Shown: positions 58,164-64,000 of the stretch, in pieces
How positions within the stretch are numbered: position 1 is the stretch's first letter
Layout: every line of letters starts with the position of its first letter
From: Oscillospiraceae bacterium
GTDB taxonomy: Bacteria; Bacillota; Clostridia; Saccharofermentanales; Saccharofermentanaceae
Assembly: GCA_902764825.1 (NCBI GenBank)
Contig: CACWXL010000017.1
Span: forward strand, 18,355-82,354
Reading direction: 5' to 3'
DNA length: 64,000 bases
Notes under the pieces: model-generated
Database searches by the model: none
The model's input: the letters and a program-made list of their open reading frames with translations, nothing else
What the model was told of the DNA's origin: nothing
Made by a program: the position numbers and the translations under genes

Positions 58164-61139
58164 CTAATGCAAAAATTCGAAGCTCTTAAGGGAAGGATTT
58201 CCGACTCCTTTATATGTCAGATAGAGCGGATAGATTCCGTCAGGGACCGTAAATTCCGCTTTGCCTTCAGTCCAGGCGGTGCAGAATCCGACTGAGATCG
58301 TGCCCAGGACATCTCCGTCAATGGACGTTCTAATCTCAAAATCGCCCATGCCGTAGCCTCTGGTCGTGATCCTTAAGCCCTTGACTCCCTTAAGATCAAA
58401 GTATTTAAATCCGATAGTTGTGTTCTCGTAGATGTCCCTTATATGTGAAGGACCGTGCTCTGTATCGGTATTATCCATGGTGATATTTGCTGAATGATGC
58501 TCACCTACATACATCTTGTTGTTGTCGTCGAAGATATTGCAGGCAATGTAAGAGGGGTATTCGCCCTTATCGCTCAAAGGACCGCCGTTGAGGCCGCAGG
58601 AGGTGATCTCGACCTGCTTTATCTGTCCGTTCTCATCAAAAGCGATCTTCTCGGCACAGCCCTGACGGGAATACCAGGTGTTGTTTGTCTGTCTGTGATA
58701 GAAGATATACCAGTCATTGCCGATCTCAACGATGCTGCCGTGGTTGTTTGCACCGAAAGCCGCAGGCTTATCTGCCGGTTTATATGTACCTATGCCGATA
58801 TCGCAGTTGCTTACGATGACTCCGCCGTACTTGAAAGGTCCCAGCGGGTTATCGGAATATGCATAGCAGAGTTCGTGCATTACCTGTGATGAATAGATGA
58901 GATAGAAGATGCCGTTCCTCTCCTTGATCGAAGGTGCCTCAAAGAATGCATGACCTTCGAATCCGGTTCCTTCGCTGTACTGGGTTGAAGGAATAACGAA
59001 TTCCGGAGCGCGTTTTACTGTAAGCATATCCTTATCAAGAACAGTTACCATGCAGCCGTGGCGTGACTTGTCACTCTGGCCGCAGAAGCCGGTATATAGA
59101 TATGTGGTATCGCCGATCGTAATGACGCCCGGATCGAACTGCTGCTCGTCGCCTTCCTTTTTGCCGACGGGCGTGCTGTCTGCGTAATGAACATTTCCGA
59201 TGAATTCGAACCTTCCTGAAGGCGTATCTGATACGGCAACAGAGATGATGCAGTCGTTATCAAGGGCATAGAACAGATAGTATCTGCCGTCAGGACCGAC
59301 CGCTACGTCAGGTGCATACAGGCACCCTCTGTTATCGGCATTATTCGGGTCATCCGATCTCTTGAAGATCACGCCCTCATATGTCCAGTCGCCGAGATCG
59401 TTAACGGGAGCTGACCATGTGACATAATCGCCGGGGCAGAAATACTCGCCGTTAAAGAGATCGTGTGAGCCGTAGATATAGACTCTGTCATTAAATACGT
59501 AGGGTTCGCCGTCCGGAATGAATTCCCAGTTAGGGAGGTAAGGGTTGAAAGCCTGCTTTTTGGGAACCTCGTAAAGGTCGACACGGGGACCTTCGGTGTC
59601 CTTCTTTTCAGACGGGGCGGTTCCTGCGATCGTAGATTCGATGTGCTTCTTCATGAAATTGATGAAGTCTGATTCGGAGGATTCCTCCTGGATCTTTGTT
59701 TTTGCGCCCTCAGGCGTAAAATGCATCTCGTTCTTGGAAGATTCCGTATAGGGCTTCCACATGGGAAGAGCACTGCCGTCAACGTCATTGCCGTTCGGAT
59801 CGCCGTTCTTGATGAAGTTCGTGAAGTAGAGGCTCATCTGTCTTGCGATATCGTAGTGCCTTCCTGTCATGGGTCTCCAGCACTTGTCGAGGTTGTCGAA
59901 GAAGAACCAGAGATCAACGGAGTGGAATGTGCCAGGGTTATCTTCGCCCGGGATATCAGGTTCGAAGCTGTAATAGTAGCCCGGTTTGTCGTTGTGCTCG
60001 AAAACAGCCTTTACGCCGCACTCGATCGCGCGGACCGGAGCATATAAGTTGCCGTTATGCTTGCGTGCCTCGGGGAAGGAGAGGAATTCAGAGGTCTTAT
60101 CTCCGAAGATATCCTTTGCCTTGGATTCGAATTCCGCCTCTGAATCCGCAAGGATAAAGCTCGGGAATTCATCGAAGGTATTTCCCGACATGAGCGGGAC
60201 GTGAGCGTGCTTACCCTGCATGAAGAGCTTTAAGGGTTCGTCATGCTGGAAAACATTGTCGATCATGGGCGTAAAGAAGAATGATTCGGTCTCCCTGAAC
60301 TTCGCATATACTTCGCGGATATAAGAAGCATCGAGCTTTCTTGCTTCTTCGACAGTCTTTACGCCGAGCCTGTCGAAGAACTTAACGCCGTAGGAGCATG
60401 CGTCGTCGATCGTTCTCGGAGTCATGACAAAATCCTTGATGTAAGGGAACGAGATGATGCCCGAGAGGATAATTGCTTTCTGATAAAGGCCGATGGAAGA
60501 TCCGGAGGTAAGGTGGTTCAATACGCTTCCGCCGCCTGCCGACTGGCCTGCGATAGTTATGTTGTCAGGGTCGCCGCCGAAAGCAGCGATATTTCTCTTG
60601 ACCCACTTAAGTCCTGCGAGCTGGTCCAAAAGGCCGAAATTGGCGGGAGCATCGGGTGATTCATTGAAAAGATCAGGGTGGGCAAGGAATCCCAGTGCAC
60701 CTAATCTGTAATTTACCGATACAACGATGATCCCTTTCTTTGCGAGATTCTCACCGTTGAATTCCATCTCGGCGGTATATCCCCACTGGAATCCGCCGCC
60801 GAAGAACCATACGAGAACGGGGAGTTTGTCATCCTCGCTCTTTGCATTGGTCCAGACGTTTAAATAGAGGCAGTCTTCGCTGATCTCTATATCCTTATCA
60901 ACGTGCCACTCCCTGCAGTAGATATCGGTTCCGATGCCGGGCTGGTCCTGAACAGAGATGGGTGCGAACTTGTATGCGTCATAGATACCCTCCCAATCCT
61001 TGCAGGGCTTGGGTGCTTTCCAGCGGTTTTCCCCTACCGGCGGTTCTGCAAAAGGGATCCCCTTAAATGCAGTGATGCGGGTGTTGTTACCGGGAAGACC
61101 TCTTACAAGTCCGTTCTCGGTCTTGACGATTTTCAGCAT
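58164..61139 (-). CDS. Type-B carboxylesterase fused to a GH43 glycoside hydrolase with a C-terminal CBM6-like module; no signal peptide
   Basis: GAGGT RBS and ATG at 61139; esterase motifs FKGIPFAEPP, SEDCLYLNVW, GQSAGG and HSVDL; GH43 motifs NPYLP...PDGEP...YGSHD, YAPDV, FDPG and FFEAPS. Confidence 0.88.
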   Translation of the reverse strand: MLKIVKTENGLVRGLPGNNTRITAFKGIPFAEPPVGENRWKAPKPCKDWEGIYDAYKFAPISVQDQPGIGTDIYCREWHVDKDIEISEDCLYLNVWTNAKSEDDKLPVLVWFFGGGFQWGYTAEMEFNGENLAKKGIIVVSVNYRLGALGFLAHPDLFNESPDAPANFGLLDQLAGLKWVKRNIAAFGGDPDNITIAGQSAGGGSVLNHLTSGSSIGLYQKAIILSGIISFPYIKDFVMTPRTIDDACSYGVKFFDRLGVKTVEEARKLDASYIREVYAKFRETESFFFTPMIDNVFQHDEPLKLFMQGKHAHVPLMSGNTFDEFPSFILADSEAEFESKAKDIFGDKTSEFLSFPEARKHNGNLYAPVRAIECGVKAVFEHNDKPGYYYSFEPDIPGEDNPGTFHSVDLWFFFDNLDKCWRPMTGRHYDIARQMSLYFTNFIKNGDPNGNDVDGSALPMWKPYTESSKNEMHFTPEGAKTKIQEESSESDFINFMKKHIESTIAGTAPSEKKDTEGPRVDLYEVPKKQAFNPYLPNWEFIPDGEPYVFNDRVYIYGSHDLFNGEYFCPGDYVTWSAPVNDLGDWTYEGVIFKRSDDPNNADNRGCLYAPDVAVGPDGRYYLFYALDNDCIISVAVSDTPSGRFEFIGNVHYADSTPVGKKEGDEQQFDPGVITIGDTTYLYTGFCGQSDKSRHGCMVTVLDKDMLTVKRAPEFVIPSTQYSEGTGFEGHAFFEAPSIKERNGIFYLIYSSQVMHELCYAYSDNPLGPFKYGGVIVSNCDIGIGTYKPADKPAAFGANNHGSIVEIGNDWYIFYHRQTNNTWYSRQGCAEKIAFDENGQIKQVEITSCGLNGGPLSDKGEYPSYIACNIFDDNNKMYVGEHHSANITMDNTDTEHGPSHIRDIYENTTIGFKYFDLKGVKGLRITTRGYGMGDFEIRTSIDGDVLGTISVGFCTAWTEGKAEFTVPDGIYPLYLTYKGVGNPSLKSFEFLH

Positions 61140-61337
61140 GCGGAATACCTCATATAAAAGATTACTTACATTTATGTTAGGAAAACCAAATCGAATAATC
61201 AACGGGATAAATTACAGATAAGACCTGACTAAATCAACTCTTTCAGGTATTAAGTTCATTTGCAAAGGGGATATGTTTTTTATAACATATTAGGGTGTGA
61301 CACTTAAGGACCATCATTTGCAGCAAGCGGGGACCAC

Positions 61338-63094
61338 ATGTTCAGATTCGTCAGGGTAAGGAATTTTTTCAGCCAGCTGAAACTTAATAAGAAATTCCTG
61401 TTTATGTACATTTTCGCCGTTATCCTGCCGCTGATCATTACCGATGCCGTTTTGTTCAGATCGGTTTTTGAAGCTGAGCTCGACAATCAGAGAAAATACA
61501 GAGAGGATGCCACTAACGCTTACGTTAACCGGATCCAGGATATTCTGGATTACGATGCACAGGTTGCAATGGCGATCGACCTCAACAAAGACCTCAACGA
61601 ATTTATCGATACCGAATACGATATTCCTTACGGATATTTCAACAGTTACATCTATACAGTCTCGACTTCATTTTTCGCGACATTGTCTAATATCAACCAG
61701 GACAGACTCGTTATCTATTCGGATAACAATACCATGATGAGCGGTCACTATTTCCATAACATCAAGGAAATATATAAAGAGAAATGGTATCAGGAATTCA
61801 ATAAGACCAATGCGATCGAAGCAGCATATGCTTATTACGACAATGACCCGATAGACCTTACGTCGGACAGAAACAGATTTATCTATGTCCGTAAGATGAA
61901 TAATGCAGATTCAAAGCTGACAAAGATAATCACCATAGAGCATAAGATGCCGAGGATCTATGACGAACTCGGAGAGACACCTATAAACTGCAATATGTAT
62001 CTATGCTGCGGCGATTATGTCATTTATTCCAGCAAAGGAGACGGGGCAACTTACCAGGAGATCACCGACAGGGCCTCAAAGGTCGCAAACGTGACTGTCA
62101 GTGAAGTTAAGATGTACGATAACACGTTCACGCTCTATGCGTTCACGGAAGAGTTTACGGTCCTCAAAGTCATCAGTGAACATATCCTCATCACTTTCCT
62201 TATCATCCTCTTAACGCTCATCATACCGATCCTGCTTATGAAGCTTCTCGAGAGATCCATCACGGACAGGATCACGATCCTCGGAAAGGCATTCGGCGAA
62301 GGCGGCAACGAATACTTCCAGCCGATAAAAGAGATCAGCGGATCCGACGAGATATCCGAACTGATGCATAACTACAACAGGATCGTAGACATCAACAACA
62401 AGCTTACGAATACGATCTATAAAGACAAATTAAGAGAACAGGAGTCTGATCTCGCGCGCAAGAACGCGGAACTCTTAGCGCTCCAGAGCCAGATCAATCC
62501 GCACTTTCTCTTCAATGCGCTTGAGAGTATCAGAATGCACAGTATCCTTAAAGGCGAGAATGAGACTGCCGAGATGGTACAAAGGCTCGCCGTCATGGAA
62601 AGGCAGAATGTTGAGTGGCATGACGACGCTGTTACGATCCAGGAGGAGGAGGAATTCATCGATGCTTACCTCCAGCTCCAGAGCTACCGCTTTGGTGACA
62701 GGATCTCGTTTGACATCGACATAAGCGAAGAGTGCAAGAAGATTCTGATCCCCAAGCTTACGCTCGTTACATTCGTTGAGAATGCCTGCATTCACGGCAT
62801 CGAGTCTAAAGCCTATTCGTCAGAGTAAATAAAGAAGGGGATAACATTGTCATCGAAGTAGAGGATACCGGTGACGGAATGGATGAGAAGGATGTTATCC
62901 AGCTTCAGAGAAAGATGAACGACGTTACCATTGCAGCCGTTAAGAAAGCAAAGCACGTCGGCATTCTCAATGCCTGCCTCAGGATCAAGATGATGTTCAA
63001 GGACGAGGCAAAGTTTACGATAGAGAGCGAAAAGGGTATCGGCATGAGTGTCATCATTACGATACCTGCAGATATGATCACCATAGCGGAGTAG
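61338..63094 (+). pseudogene. YesM-like sensor histidine kinase, split by a frameshift in the HATPase domain
   Basis: 61338-62828 has HAMP and ALQSQINPHFLFNALE and ends at ENACIHG...; from 62816 another frame continues FVRVNKEGDNIVIEVEDTGDGM...GILNA...GIGMSV to 63094. Confidence 0.75.
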
Positions 63095-63103
63095 GAGTGA
63101 ACC

Positions 63104-64000
63104 ATGCTTAAAGTAATGCTTGTTGATGACGAACCTTATATCCTCCAGGGTCTTCAGGTCCTGATCGACTGGGAGAGCGGCGGATTTGAGATCGCTGCCA
63201 CCTGTTCCAACGGTAAGGAAGCATTGAAATATCTTAAAGAGAACCACGTGGATCTCATCATCTCCGATATCCGCATGCCTGAAATGACAGGCCTGGAACT
63301 TTTGGAGACCGTAAAGAAAGAGAAGATATCCGATGCGGAATTCGTCCTACTTACAGGTTACGATGATTTCGCATATACGCAAAGGGCCATAAGGAACGGA
63401 TGCCTCGACTATATCCTCAAGCCGGTAGAAGAAGAGGAACTCATTGCCGTCCTGCGTAAAGTGTCCAACTTAAACCGCGAATCCATAATCCTCAGAAAAG
63501 ACAGGGAGAAGATGGAGGATGCATATCTTTCGAGAGTCATAAGACACATAATCAGAGGCAAATATGCAGACGAGGAGATCGAGTACGCAAACAAGCATCT
63601 CCAGCTCTCAGGCGGACTAAGATTCATCTACATCGGTTTTATGCAGAAAGATGCCGAAGCAGATACCGCGGTATCGGACGATTACGATATGGCCGCCATT
63701 CAGAAGCAGCTCATCAATGCGTGCAGGGAAACGCTCAAAGAATATGTAAACCACTTCACTCTGGAAGTTCCTTACGATGAGGATATCTATGATGTAGGTT
63801 TCATATATTGTGAGAACATGGCTGACATGAGGGACATGTCAGAGAATGAATTCTTAAATCAGTTAATAAGAAAGATCGAAGTCTTGTTCATCAAGCCCGT
63901 AAGAATGTATTGCGGAAAGATCGTTCCGGATATAGCTTCTCTTTCCGAATCCTATGAATCCTGCAAGCGTCTTAAGAGTATCGCGGGATTCCATAACACA
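63104..64000 (+). CDS. YesN-like response regulator (runs off the window end)
   Basis: Hand translation MLKVMLVDDEPYILQGL...LIISDIRMPEMTG...LTGYDDFAY...DYILKP; the DD, phospho-D, T and KP receiver motifs are present. Confidence 0.88.
   Translation, partial: MLKVMLVDDEPYILQGLQVLIDWESGGFEIAATCSNGKEALKYLKENHVDLIISDIRMPEMTGLELLETVKKEKISDAEFVLLTGYDDFAYTQRAIRNGCLDYILKPVEEEELIAVLRKVSNLNRESIILRKDREKMEDAYLSRVIRHIIRGKYADEEIEYANKHLQLSGGLRFIYIGFMQKDAEADTAVSDDYDMAAIQKQLINACRETLKEYVNHFTLEVPYDEDIYDVGFIYCENMADMRDMSENEFLNQLIRKIEVLFIKPVRMYCGKIVPDIASLSESYESCKRLKSIAGFHNT

Noticed and set aside
1-64000. Mobile elements, prophage genes, tRNA/rRNA or defence systems
   Set aside because: No transposase, integrase, phage structural, cas, restriction-modification or tRNA/rRNA signatures were recognised in any ORF or intergenic region.

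Overview
A 64-kb chromosomal window with no mobile elements, from an anaerobic Clostridia-class Firmicute. The lineage is inferred from the SCIFF ranthipeptide locus, ffs-dnaX-ybaB-recR and veg-ispE synteny, Fhs and an N-terminally extended L22. The right half is mostly housekeeping: argCBDF, a sugar ABC ATPase, CdaR-ftsE-ftsX-M23, hslO, and the S10-spc ribosomal protein operon ending at secY. It closes with a carboxylesterase-GH43 fusion and a YesM/YesN-like two-component pair. The most interesting locus is at 15.0-20.05 kb: a BlaI repressor, an M56 (BlaR1-type) sensor-protease and a separately promoted lipoprotein. The lipoprotein consists of two tandem copies of the sensor's own C-terminal ectodomain, which has no recognisable penicillin-binding motif. 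The locus carries five TTCTAC-N4-GTAGAA operators, two of them placed identically over sigma-A -10 boxes. Other observations: an XRE-HTH-PurM fusion with an altered catalytic motif, two apparent pseudo-enzymes (HD and beta-lactamase fold), an FtsE with a ~270-aa acidic tail, a dispersed 40-bp 3'-UTR structured repeat, a candidate sRNA, and three short deletion-type lesions (acyl-CoA ligase, dnaX/ybaB junction, histidine kinase) that could be real or assembly artefacts. No database searches were run; all family calls rest on recognised motifs and synteny.
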